Assembly (NCBI GenBank): GCA_965205865.1
Contig: CBDBHR010000030.1
Span: 1,056,001-1,120,000, forward strand
Length of the DNA stretch: 64,000 nucleotides
Direction of reading: 5' to 3'
Origin: a bacterium
GTDB taxonomy: Bacteria; SAR324; NAC60-12
A program made the position numbers and the translations under genes. The notes under the pieces were generated by a model. That model was not told where the DNA came from. It was given only the letters and a program-made list of their open reading frames with translations, and did no database searches. Below are positions 11,401 to 21,036 of this stretch, piece by piece. Numbering within the stretch: the first letter of the stretch is position 1; each line of letters starts with the position of its first letter.

Positions 11401-12704
11401 ACACGCGCGAAGAAGCGGCCGACGTTCACCTCCAGCGTGCTGTCGTTGGCGTCCTGAAAGAGCAACAACTGGTTTTTTATATCATCGGGTCGATTGTTCA
11501 AAGGGGTGGCGGAGACCAGGATGACTTTTTTCTCCTTCCCGTTGCGACATGGCGTTTTGCAGATACGCTGCAGATTGACGTAGGCTTCGGAGCTGTCGTT
11601 TCTGAATTGGTGCGCTTCATCGACGATCACCAGGTCAATTTCGACCGGGTTTTCGATCTTATGCAAACTGCCGTTGGTGAAAAAGGACACGTTGTCCAGT
11701 TGGAATTTGCCCGTCGTTTCCTGCCAGTTGCTCTTCAACGCCGGTGGCATGACGATGAGGGTGCGGGAAAGGTAGTCGGGAAAACCGTTGTGATGGAAAT
11801 ACTGCCTGGCAATGAGGGTGGCGACCACGGTTTTGCCCAACCCCACTACGTCGGCGAGAAAGAAACCGTTGTGTTTTTTGAGGATCTCATAGCCCTGGTT
11901 GACGGCGTCCAATTGGTAGGTCAGCCGTTTGAACCCCTGGGGCAAGTCTTTGATGTCGTTGGGGTCGAATTCGATCTCCTTGCCGAAGTATTCGATCAGT
12001 AACTTGACATAGAGCTCGAAGGGAGTGAAATCATCTTGCAGGTAGGATTTTTTGATGACTGCCTCCATCTCCGCCGGCAGGATTTCTACCGCTTCCTCCC
12101 ACAGTTTTTCGAATTCAGCGGTTGCGAACTCGACGTCATCGTAGTCTCTCAGCGAGACGTTGAATTCGTAGTTGGCAGCGTGCTCCCCGGAGTCGTCATC
12201 AACGCCCAGTCCGGCTTCAGTGAGGTTTGACGATCCGCTGATGACTTCGCAGGCGCTGTGCGGGTTGAAGTCGCGCGGACGAAAGATATAGAGCTTGGCG
12301 TGCAGTTTTCGCCTGGGATGGGCCTTGATCTTTATTTTTCCACAAGCAATGTCCGCTACGAACTGGAGAATACTTTTTTCCAATTCTGCGGAATAGTCGA
12401 CCCTTTCGACTTCATGCTTCAGTTGCCCGCAATAGTCTTCTTTCGTCGCCTCCCTGTCGCCGATGGTTTGCAGTAGAAGTCCCTGACCATGGTATTTTTC
12501 GACGATGGTATCGACGTCGATACCGACAAGCACGCGGATTTGCGGGACGTTCTCCAGACTGGGACGGATGCGGAAATATCCACTGGAGCGAAAATAGCCC
12601 ACCAGCGCGTCGAAGTGCGCGATATGCGGGTTGTGCTCGAATATGCCTTTGAATTTTTCGAGTAGCGTGTTTTGCCTGGCGTTGGTAAAGAATTTAGTGG
12701 CCAT
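8435..12704 (-). CDS. PLD (HKD-like) nuclease domain + SNF2-type helicase; the ORF track stops at 9102 but the true end is probably 8435
   Basis: LHAKLYIF...GSSNLT (PLD), ADVVGLGKT, DEAH, SAT and QRIGRLNRIG. The repeat frame (HSPLEGESVRQERSSQHTSAN)n continues into ...EYTAPKIIISQSYV*, ending next to the R-M gene start. Confidence 0.85.
8504..9420. repeat. 63-bp tandem array with palindromic core ACTCCCCCTCGAGGGGGGAGT
   Basis: Seven identical units start at 8504, 8567, 8630, 8693, 8756, 8819 and 8882, followed by progressively degenerate units to ~9420. Confidence 0.97.
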
Positions 12705-12730
12705 GATTGTTTTTTAACTCCTTGCAAACC

Positions 12731-15700
12731 TCATCTTCGGGACAATTCACGAAAAAGCGCCTGCGCGGGATGCAGGGGTTTGAAATCGTCGAAGCGTTTC
12801 ACTTGAGTTCGGCAGGAATAACCCGTTGCCAGCAAAGAACGCCTGGTTTCTTCATCAGCAGGGATATACTCTCCCCAACTCATCAGGTAAATTCCTTTCG
12901 ATTCGGCATAGTGTTCAATCTCGTGGCCATAGGTTCCGCACATGCCGCAACAGCCCAGCGCGGGGAGGTCCAATTCCAAACCGAATGCCTGGTAAATACG
13001 CTGCCATTGTTTCTGAGAATCGAATACCGCCGTTTTCTCATGGCAATGACCCAAAAGCCGGTAGTTGAGGCGAGTCGATGGCCCTTGGGGATGAAGCTTC
13101 CGAAGACGGGGCAATTGGGAAGTCAACCACTCTTGCAGCAGTTGCACCCGGAACGCGAGGTTTTCCTGATCGAGGATTTTGGGATATTCATCGCGATAAG
13201 TGAGCACCATGCTCGGTTCGATTCCAATAATCGCAATCTCCAGTTGCGCCAGTTTTTCCAGATAGGCAGTATTTTTTTCAGCCAGCGTCCGGAAGGCTGA
13301 CAGAAAGCCCTTGACGTGCAAGGGTTTGCCGTTGGCACGGAAAGGCGGTACGTACACCACGTAGCCCAGCATGCGCAACAAATCGTAAATCTCCAGCACC
13401 AGAGATGCTTCATAGTACGTGGTGAACAGATCCTGCAGTAAAATCACGGAGCGCTCCTTCTCCCCGGCAGTCAAACCGGCCAGCTTCGTATGATCAAAGG
13501 CGGGCGCATGCCGCTGGCGCAGCCCTTCTTTCAGCGGAGCGGGACTGATTCGTGGGACGTCGCACAACCCGATAATCTTCTCGAGAACGATCCGTACCGG
13601 ATAAAATTGCATGAGTTCGTTGTTCAAGCGGATTGCACGCGCCTGGAGTGGGGTTATCCATTCAATGCCTGCCACCAGGTAATCCCGCAATGGTCTCAGG
13701 TAACGCGTATGATACAACTCCAGAAATCGGGAGCGGAACTGCGGAACGTCGACATGAATCGGGCATTGAACCGCGCAGGCTTTGCAAGCCAGACAGCCGG
13801 CCATCGCCTCGTAAACTTCATGAGAAAAATCATACTCCCCCCGCCTGCGCGCACGGGTATTGCGAAATTTCCGCAGAAAATGAGTCGCCTCATCGAGCTT
13901 GTTTCCGCTATCCCCGCTTTTCGAGGGCTCGCGGGAGGGCTCGGCATTTTGCCGCATAAGACCCAACTGGCGCAGCCACTCCCGCATCATACCCGCTCTT
14001 CCTTTGGGAGAATGAATGCGGTCTCTGGTGACTTTCGAAGAAGGGCACATCACGTGGTGCGGATCATAGTTGAAACAAATGCCATTGCCATTGCAGTTGA
14101 GGGCGGCATCATACCCGGTACGGAGGGAAGGCGGAATCTGCCGGTCGAAATGCCCTCTGAGGGGAGATTCCAGAGGAAGAACCTCGTCCTCGAGGGAATA
14201 AGGGGTCACGATTTTTCCGGGATTCAATTTATTGTCGGGATCAAAAGCTTCCTTGATTTTTCGGAGATCCTGGTACAGTTCTCTTCCGAAGAAAAGCGGC
14301 GAGTATTCACTGCGGAATCCCTGGCCATGCTCGGCCCACATGGTACCCCCGTATTTACGTACCAGTTCGACCACCTGGTCGGACAAGCGGCGGATCAATG
14401 CTTCATCTTCCGGTTCTTTCATATCCAATGCGGGCCGCACGTGGAGACATCCCACGTCCACGTGGCCGTACATCCCGTATTCCAGCCCCTGCGCATCCAG
14501 AAGTGCCGTGAATTCGGCAATATAGGCAGCCAGATTTTCCGGTGGCACGGCCGTATCTTCCACAAAAGGCAGGGGCTTGCGATTGCCTTGCGTGTTTCCT
14601 AAAAGACCCGCTCCTTTTTTTCTCAGATCCCAAAGATGGTTCATTTCCTCCGCATCTTGCGTGGCATAAAAACCGCTGGCCTGCCCGCAAGAAGTCCCGC
14701 GCCGAGGAACCCCCGACCCCTTGAGGGAGGGGTCAGTGGAGGGGGGAGTGGCGTTATTACCAGCAGCCCGCTCGGAAGGAATCCCGCGCCAAGGAACCCC
14801 CGACCCCTCGAGGGCTGGATCAGGGGAGCGCGTGTCATAATAGCCGCTGGCCTGCCCCGAAGGAATCCCGCGCCGAGGAATCCCCCTCCCCTTGAGGGAG
14901 GGGTCAGGGGAGGGGGGAGTGGCGTTATTACCAGCAGCCCGCTCGGAAGGAATCCCGCGCCGAGGAACCCCTGACCCCTCGAGGGCAGGATCAGGGGAGC
15001 GCGTGTCATAATAGCCGCTGGCCTGCCCCGAAGGAATCCCCCTCCCCTCGAGGGAGGGGTCAGGGGAGGGGGAGATCGCCCGGCACAAGTCGCGAACGTG
15101 TTGCTCGAGCTTGCCGGCATCGTTTCCGCTGAATTCGACCAGATTGATCGCACGTGTTGGCGCCCATTCTTCATCGGCAATGAAATCCCGCACATGGTGA
15201 TAAATTGCGTCGCCCCTGGCCAATTCCAGTATTTTTTCGTCAATCGTTTCAATGGCTGCCGGTTCGTAATCCAGCAGCAAGCGAGCCTGCTGCAGAGCGT
15301 CATTGAAGGATTGATACTTGATCACCAGCAAGTGTTTGTATTTCGGAATCGGGGTGAGCCTGAGCTTCGCTTCGCAGAGAGTGACCAGGGTTCCTTCCGA
15401 ACCGGCCAGTAAATTATTCAAATTGAAACGGTCTCTTTTTGCGGAATAAACTCTGGCCAGATTATAGCCGGTCAGAAATCGGCTCATTTTCGGAAACTGT
15501 TTCTCGATCAGCTTTGCTTTACCGGTCACAATGGCATCCACCACCCGGTGGACTCGTCCCACGATATTATCCTGCTTCTTCAGCTCCAAGAGTTGCTCGA
15601 GACTGATTTCCCTCGATTGCCAGATGGTTCCTTCCTGAAAGACAAAAGAGAGTTCCAGAATATGATTGCTGGTTCTGCCATAAATGCGGGATCCCTTGCC

Positions 15701-16240
15701 ACAGGCGTCGGTGCTGATCATTCCTCCCAGGGTGGCCCGGCTGCTGGGAGAAAGATTCGGCGCGAAAAAGACGCCGAATGGCTTCAGATGATCGTTCAAC
15801 TGGTCCAGAACGACTCCTGGCTGCACGCGAACCCATTTCTCCTGCAGATCGACTTGCAGAATACGATTCATGTGCTTGGAACAATCGATGATGATTCCCG
15901 GTGAAAGCGATTGTCCGTTGGTGCCGGTTCCTCCTCCCCGGGCAGTGAAGTCCAGACCCTGAAAACGCTCTTCCCGCGCCAATTTGAACAATTCCGAGAT
16001 ATCTTCTGCAGAACACGGAAAGAGCACCGCCCGGGGAAGAATTTGATAAATGCTGTTGTCGGTCGCCGTGACCAGGCGCGCGCCATAATCGGTACGGATT
16101 TCACCGGAAAACGAGGTTTTTCTCAGTTCCCGCAAATAATCCGCACAGACTCTGCTCTGCGCATCGTCTTGCGGAGTTTCATGAGGGCTCCCGCCCGGTC
16201 TGCCGGACGACAACGTGGAAAGATGCAATCGTGGGATCAT
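12731..16240 (-). CDS. ydiJ: FAD-linked Fe-S oxidoreductase (YdiJ / D-2-hydroxyglutarate dehydrogenase-like)
   Basis: ATDNSIYQ, ARGGGTGTNGQS, WAEHGQGFRSEY, CNGNGIC, CLACKAC..CP and CCGMCG motifs. Confidence 0.85.
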   Translation of the reverse strand: MIPRLHLSTLSSGRPGGSPHETPQDDAQSRVCADYLRELRKTSFSGEIRTDYGARLVTATDNSIYQILPRAVLFPCSAEDISELFKLAREERFQGLDFTARGGGTGTNGQSLSPGIIIDCSKHMNRILQVDLQEKWVRVQPGVVLDQLNDHLKPFGVFFAPNLSPSSRATLGGMISTDACGKGSRIYGRTSNHILELSFVFQEGTIWQSREISLEQLLELKKQDNIVGRVHRVVDAIVTGKAKLIEKQFPKMSRFLTGYNLARVYSAKRDRFNLNNLLAGSEGTLVTLCEAKLRLTPIPKYKHLLVIKYQSFNDALQQARLLLDYEPAAIETIDEKILELARGDAIYHHVRDFIADEEWAPTRAINLVEFSGNDAGKLEQHVRDLCRAISPSPDPSLEGRGIPSGQASGYYDTRSPDPALEGSGVPRRGIPSERAAGNNATPPSPDPSLKGRGIPRRGIPSGQASGYYDTRSPDPALEGSGVPWRGIPSERAAGNNATPPSTDPSLKGSGVPRRGTSCGQASGFYATQDAEEMNHLWDLRKKGAGLLGNTQGNRKPLPFVEDTAVPPENLAAYIAEFTALLDAQGLEYGMYGHVDVGCLHVRPALDMKEPEDEALIRRLSDQVVELVRKYGGTMWAEHGQGFRSEYSPLFFGRELYQDLRKIKEAFDPDNKLNPGKIVTPYSLEDEVLPLESPLRGHFDRQIPPSLRTGYDAALNCNGNGICFNYDPHHVMCPSSKVTRDRIHSPKGRAGMMREWLRQLGLMRQNAEPSREPSKSGDSGNKLDEATHFLRKFRNTRARRRGEYDFSHEVYEAMAGCLACKACAVQCPIHVDVPQFRSRFLELYHTRYLRPLRDYLVAGIEWITPLQARAIRLNNELMQFYPVRIVLEKIIGLCDVPRISPAPLKEGLRQRHAPAFDHTKLAGLTAGEKERSVILLQDLFTTYYEASLVLEIYDLLRMLGYVVYVPPFRANGKPLHVKGFLSAFRTLAEKNTAYLEKLAQLEIAIIGIEPSMVLTYRDEYPKILDQENLAFRVQLLQEWLTSQLPRLRKLHPQGPSTRLNYRLLGHCHEKTAVFDSQKQWQRIYQAFGLELDLPALGCCGMCGTYGHEIEHYAESKGIYLMSWGEYIPADEETRRSLLATGYSCRTQVKRFDDFKPLHPAQALFRELSRR
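14670..15075. repeat. In-frame palindromic repeat insertion inside ydiJ (~90-bp monomers in a 180-bp higher-order repeat)
   Basis: Encodes (SPDPSLEGRGIP...GQASGYYDT / ERAAGNNATPP) repeats; DNA core CCCCTCCCCTCGAGGGAGGGG. Confidence 0.9.
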
Positions 16241-16314
16241 GAGCGCCCTTTCTCCAAATGCGATTCAAAGTCTCGCCATCTATATTTTTTTGAATTTTTT
16301 ATCACAACCCGACC

Positions 16315-17787
16315 TCAACGTCGCAGATCGTGATATTTTTTCACCCACTTGAGCAGGGAGGTGGGAACGTGGGCTTTTTTCCATTCACTAGCCGCGTATT
16401 TCGCCGCCTCGGAGAAGGTGGGATAAGGATGGATTGTTGCCAGAATCTTATTCAACCCCAATCCATGTTTCATGGCCAGGATGAATTCCACCAGCAAATC
16501 ACCCGCGTGCGCACCACAGATCGTGGCCCCCAGAATACGATCTTTTCCGGGAGGAGTGATCACCTTGACCATTCCGCGGTCTGCCCGGTCCGTGATGGCC
16601 CTGTCCAGATCGTCCAGACCGTAGCGAGTCACTTCATGCGGGATGTTCCGTTGCCGCGCTTCGCATTCACTCAATCCGACCCGCGCCACTTCCGGATCCG
16701 TGTACGTACACCAGGGCACAACCGAATAATCCACCTTGAATTTCTTGAATGGATGAAGCAGGGCGTTGATCGCGCAATACCATGCTTGATGACCTGCCAT
16801 GTGGGTGAACTGGTAAGGCCCCGCCACGTCGCCACAGGCATAAATATTGGGAATGTTGCTACGCAAGTACGAATCCACGTGAATGGTCCCATTCGGGTTC
16901 AGCTTCACGCCCAACTCTTGCAGACCAAAACCCGCCGTATTGGCCTTACGCCCCGTGGCTATAATCACTCGATCGAAGGGCAAGATGGCTTCCTTGCCAT
17001 CTCTCTCATAGACCGCCCGGCAGTCCTCCCCCCCTTTCTCGAAGCGGATCAATTTCACTTTCGTCAAGACCTCGACTCCATCTTGTTTGAAAGCATCCTG
17101 CACGAAACGGACAACGTCGGGATCCTCTCTGGGCAAGATGGTGGGCTGCGTCTGCATGACCGTAACCCGCGATCCCAAGCGGCTGAAAGCCTGGGCCAAT
17201 TCGCAGCCGATGGGCCCTCCTCCCACCACCAGCAGGCGTTTGGGCTGTTCTCGGATTTCCCACAGATTATCGGAGTGCAAATAATCCAGATTTTCGATAC
17301 CGGGAATCGGAGGAACAAAAGGCCGGGCGCCGGTGGCCACCACGATATTCCGGGTTGTCAATCTCCGATCGGGAAGCTGCACTTCACAGGGAGAAAGTAT
17401 TTTCGCCTCCCCCTGAAAACAATCCACTCCCAGTGAGGCGTAGCGCTCCACGCTGTCATGGGGTTCGATTTTGCGGATAATGGCCTGGATCCGTTCCATC
17501 ACCTGCGCAAAATCGACCTTGTATTGTACGCCTTCCAGACCATATTCCGCGTGCTGCTTCAAGGTTTTGGCGACCCGGGCGCTGCTGATCAACGACTTGC
17601 TGGGAACGCATCCGGTGTTCAGGCAATCTCCTCCCATCTTGCGCTTCTCGATCAAAGCCACTTTCGCTTTGGTCACCGCGCCGATCAATGAAGTGACCAG
17701 TCCTGCCGATCCTGCTCCAATGACAATCATGTTGTAATCATATTTTCCCACTTTGACCTTTCTGACGTTAAAATTGGGACCCTTCAA
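16315..17787 (-). CDS. Pyridine nucleotide-disulfide oxidoreductase (mercuric reductase/Lpd-like)
   Basis: GAGSAG, GGDCLNTGCVPSK, GGGPIG and HPYPTFSE. Lacks the MerA C-terminal CC pair. Confidence 0.9.
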   Translation of the reverse strand: MKGPNFNVRKVKVGKYDYNMIVIGAGSAGLVTSLIGAVTKAKVALIEKRKMGGDCLNTGCVPSKSLISSARVAKTLKQHAEYGLEGVQYKVDFAQVMERIQAIIRKIEPHDSVERYASLGVDCFQGEAKILSPCEVQLPDRRLTTRNIVVATGARPFVPPIPGIENLDYLHSDNLWEIREQPKRLLVVGGGPIGCELAQAFSRLGSRVTVMQTQPTILPREDPDVVRFVQDAFKQDGVEVLTKVKLIRFEKGGEDCRAVYERDGKEAILPFDRVIIATGRKANTAGFGLQELGVKLNPNGTIHVDSYLRSNIPNIYACGDVAGPYQFTHMAGHQAWYCAINALLHPFKKFKVDYSVVPWCTYTDPEVARVGLSECEARQRNIPHEVTRYGLDDLDRAITDRADRGMVKVITPPGKDRILGATICGAHAGDLLVEFILAMKHGLGLNKILATIHPYPTFSEAAKYAASEWKKAHVPTSLLKWVKKYHDLRR

Positions 17788-17801
17788 TAATAGAAAAAAG
17801 T

Positions 17802-17909
17802 AGTTTACAGTTTGCCGCCTTTTTTGTCATTCCTGCGCAGGCAGGAATCCAGTGGTAGTCACTAAGATGGATCCCCACATTCGCGAGGATGACAGAAGAA
17901 CTGTAAACT
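17802..17909. repeat. REP/RPE-like composite hairpin element
   Basis: GTCATTCCTGCGCAGGCAGGAATCCA ... TGGATCCCCACATTCGCGAGGATGAC, flanked by the inverted repeat AGTTTACAGTT/AACTGTAAACT. Confidence 0.8.
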
Positions 17910-18009
17910 GGAAAATGAAAGATGCTTTAAAATTGGATTGAAACTATCAATCAATGTGTTATAAAGTCGGGTTTTCAAACTCAATGATAACCTGTTTTCT
18001 AGAAAACTT

Positions 18010-18228
18010 ATGGCCATTGTCGTCCATGTCAGAGATGGAAATATCGGAAAGTCGCTGATGCAGCTCAAGCGAACCCTGATCAAGGAAGGATTGTTCAGAG
18101 AACTCAAAAAACGCAAGTTCTATGCCAAGCCATCCTTAGCCAGAAAATTGAAGCGTGACGCAGCAGAAAAGCAACGTAACAAGGATTTGAAACGAGAAAT
18201 ACGTGCTGCGTTGAAGGCGGACTTTTAA
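18010..18228 (+). CDS. rpsU: 30S ribosomal protein S21
   Basis: VHVRDGNIGKSLMQLKR...EGLFRELKKRKFYAKPS. Confidence 0.92.
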   Translation: MAIVVHVRDGNIGKSLMQLKRTLIKEGLFRELKKRKFYAKPSLARKLKRDAAEKQRNKDLKREIRAALKADF

Positions 18229-18408
18229 TAAAAACACCCTGTTTTTCGTTGAAAGGGACTATCCTTTGGGGAATCGCAAAGCGCCGGCTTCCCGAAGGAA
18301 GTCATGCGTGAAAAATAAGAGCGTGGGTGAATTGGAACAATGCCCCTTTTCTCTACTCGGCCATTTCTCTTCGGTGGTCCGGAAGATCAGGAATCCCGTT
18401 GCGTCGAT

Positions 18409-18630
18409 CTAGAGGGCGTTGATTTTATCCGGCACTTCATGGTCTTCGGGAAAGCGTCCCGATTGTTTTTTGGAAAAAACCAGATTTTCGTCCACTTTTA
18501 CTTCAAAAACGCCTCCATCGGAACTCACGAGGATTGCTTCCACTCCGTATTTTTCTTTCAATTCTGCAGCCAAACTGGTTGCGCGGGGTAAATAGTTTCA
18601 AGTGTTGCAATATTCAATTTCAATCTGCAT
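18409..18630 (-). CDS. SelT/SelW/SelH (Rdx family) selenoprotein, 73 aa, with UGA read as Sec
   Basis: MQIEIEYCNT(U)NYLPRATSLAAELKEKYGVEAILVSSDGGVFEVKVDENLVFSKKQSGRFPEDHEVPDKINAL. CxxU motif with TGA at 18598-18600, plus the GxFEV and FSK..GRFP motifs. Confidence 0.93.
18566..18582 (-). promoter_or_regulatory. Putative bacterial SECIS hairpin
   Basis: GCAACCA-GTT-TGGCTGC stem-loop starting 16 nt after the in-frame UGA, with G at the first loop position. Confidence 0.7.
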
Positions 18631-18759
18631 ACCTTCTCCGTAGTACAAGGTTGTTTTCGCATAAGGGATGGGGTTTTCCCTGAAAAGCCCGATTCACGAA
18701 TCTCGTAAGCCAGGATTTCCGTCAGTCATCAGGTTCTTTACTATATTGAATTCAAAAAA

Positions 18760-20127
18760 ATGTCGAATTCTTTTCCCATCTATGAATCCCACTGTCCCAT
18801 ACATGGGATTATCGGTTTCAACGAAAAAGAACGGCGGGTCATCGATCATCCCTTTTTCCAGCGTCTGCGTCACATTTCGCAATTGGGTTTTGCCAATTAT
18901 GTTTATACGGGAGCCACGCATTCCCGCTTCGCGCATTCTCTGGGAGTGATGCATCTGGCAGGGAGAATTTTTGATCAGATCGTGGCTGCGGAGCGTGGCT
19001 GGCTTACCGGATTATTCAGCAAGCGGGATTGGTCCTATTTACGCCAGATGGTCCGGCTGGCGGCATTGTTACATGACGTAGGACACGCCCCTTTTTCCCA
19101 TTCTTGCGAAGCGGCGCTGCCTCTTAAAAGCAACCTCGATTTACCGGTTGATTGGTATAAATCGAATTTCAGGGAAAACCAGGCTACCCACGAGGATTTT
19201 TCGGTTGCCATCATTTGTGCCATGGCCCGGGAGACAAGGCCTCTCTTGTCTCCCGAGGAAGCTCAGGATATCTGCTCCTTGATCGACAGTAATATTTTGG
19301 TTTCCACTGCGTTTGAGGGACGCGGCAAAATCACTGAGGACTCCTCGCAAGATCGACAAGCCAGCAACATTCACCCGCTGCTCAAGCAGATCATCAGCGG
19401 GGAAGTCGATGCGGACCGCATGGATTACCTGCTACGTGATTCGTATTATACGGGTGTCAGCTATGGCAAGTTCGATCTGGACCATCTGGTGCGTTCATTG
19501 TCCTGCGCGCGATCCGAAGAAGGTATCGTCTTGGTTTTGAATTACAATGCCCTGCATACCTTCGAAGATTTCCTCATGGCCCGCCTGCACATGTTCATGC
19601 AGGTCTATCTTCACAAAACCCTCCTGCCTTTTGATTATTACCTGGCACAAGCACTGCTGGAAGAGGAAATCGATTTCAAGATCACCGGCGCCTTGGACAA
19701 TTTCCTGGTGGCGCGCGATGACCGTATTCTTTCTGCTCTGCACCAGGCGCAACACAAGAAATGGTCTTCCCGCATCGTGTTTCGAAAACCGGCAAAACGA
19801 TTGTTTCAATTCGAACATTACCATCCACCCGAATTGAAGCGGCAAGTCCTGGAACGCTTGCGGCAGGAAAGAATCGAACCCTTGTTTCTCCAATCCTCGC
19901 CTTATCTTTCCATGCTCTCCCCTCGAGAGCAGTCGACACGGCATTCCTTGTTGTTGAAAAGCAATGTGCTGGGAAAACCCCAGTATCTCCCTGTTCAAAA
20001 GGCTTCGCTCCTGCTGGAGCAATACCATCGCACGGCCGATCTCCAATATCTCTATTGCGAAGCGGAAGACTATCCGAGAGCTTGTGAAGCGCTGGTGCCC
20101 CTGCTGCTGGAAAAAGAATTCATTTGA
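18760..20127 (+). CDS. HD-domain phosphohydrolase (SAMHD1/dNTPase-like)
   Basis: FQRLRHISQLG, HSRFAHSLG, LLHDVGHAPFSH and DADRMDYLLRD motifs. Confidence 0.92.
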   Translation: MSNSFPIYESHCPIHGIIGFNEKERRVIDHPFFQRLRHISQLGFANYVYTGATHSRFAHSLGVMHLAGRIFDQIVAAERGWLTGLFSKRDWSYLRQMVRLAALLHDVGHAPFSHSCEAALPLKSNLDLPVDWYKSNFRENQATHEDFSVAIICAMARETRPLLSPEEAQDICSLIDSNILVSTAFEGRGKITEDSSQDRQASNIHPLLKQIISGEVDADRMDYLLRDSYYTGVSYGKFDLDHLVRSLSCARSEEGIVLVLNYNALHTFEDFLMARLHMFMQVYLHKTLLPFDYYLAQALLEEEIDFKITGALDNFLVARDDRILSALHQAQHKKWSSRIVFRKPAKRLFQFEHYHPPELKRQVLERLRQERIEPLFLQSSPYLSMLSPREQSTRHSLLLKSNVLGKPQYLPVQKASLLLEQYHRTADLQYLYCEAEDYPRACEALVPLLLEKEFI

Positions 20128-20999
20128 CGCCTATGATGGAGATTCAAACTCCTGCAAAAATCAACACGCAACTCTACATTTTAAGAAAACGTGAGGACGG
20201 CTACCACGAATTGCTCAGCCACCTGGTGCCGATCGCCTTGTTCGACGCCATCACCCTGATTGGAAACATGGATCGTGGCATCCGGCTCCAACTCGACGGG
20301 CTGCCCTGTGGGGATGAAAAAGACAACCTGATCATCAAGGCGGCCCGCGCATTCGAGCAGCAAACCGGCATTGAAATTCATGCGGATTTTCATCTTTTCA
20401 AACGAATTCCCGTAAGCGCGGGATTGGGAGGAGGCAGCGGAAACGCGGCGGGTGTCTTGCAGGCATTGAACACCACCTGCAGTCATCCTCTGAAAACGCC
20501 GGAATTGAAAAAGATCGCGGCTACTCTGGGCTCGGATGTTCCTTTTTTCATCGACCCCCGCCCCTCTGAAGCAAAAGGGAGAGGTGAGCAATTGCGTCCT
20601 TTACCGGGATATCCTTCTTTTTTTCTGCTTCTCATCAAACCACCCTTTGCCATTTCAAGCGCGGAGGCTTACCGTCGCTGCCACCCTTCTCCGCTGCCGG
20701 ATACGATGCGGTCAAACCGGAGCAATACCATTGAAACTCTGGAACAGCTGACGAGCTCTTTGTACAACCACTTCGAAAAAACGTTGCTTGTCGATTTTCC
20801 CGAGTTGACAGTCATCAAACAGAAGCTTTTGCAGTATGGCGCAGTTGCTGCATTGGTGAGTGGAAGTGGTTCTTCCGTTTTTGGGGTTTTTGCAGGAGAA
20901 GCCCACCAGAAACGTGCTTGTCGGCAGATTTCCAGGGAAGGATTGGGTGAAGTGTTTTGTTCTCACGCCCTGAAGAGCCACCAATATTTTTCAGTTTGA
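20124..20999 (+). CDS. ispE: 4-diphosphocytidyl-2-C-methyl-D-erythritol kinase
   Basis: PAKIN, KRIPVSAGLGGGSGNAA, LGSDVPFF and SGSGS. Confidence 0.95.
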   Translation: MTPMMEIQTPAKINTQLYILRKREDGYHELLSHLVPIALFDAITLIGNMDRGIRLQLDGLPCGDEKDNLIIKAARAFEQQTGIEIHADFHLFKRIPVSAGLGGGSGNAAGVLQALNTTCSHPLKTPELKKIAATLGSDVPFFIDPRPSEAKGRGEQLRPLPGYPSFFLLLIKPPFAISSAEAYRRCHPSPLPDTMRSNRSNTIETLEQLTSSLYNHFEKTLLVDFPELTVIKQKLLQYGAVAALVSGSGSSVFGVFAGEAHQKRACRQISREGLGEVFCSHALKSHQYFSV

Positions 21000-21036
21000 A
21001 TCCATTATTTCTCTTCACGCAACAGCAAAAAAAATT

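Noticed and set aside
16315-17787. merA
   Set aside because: No C-terminal Cys pair and no mer operon.
18340-18591. Plus-strand 83-aa ORF
   Set aside because: Antisense to the selenoprotein gene.
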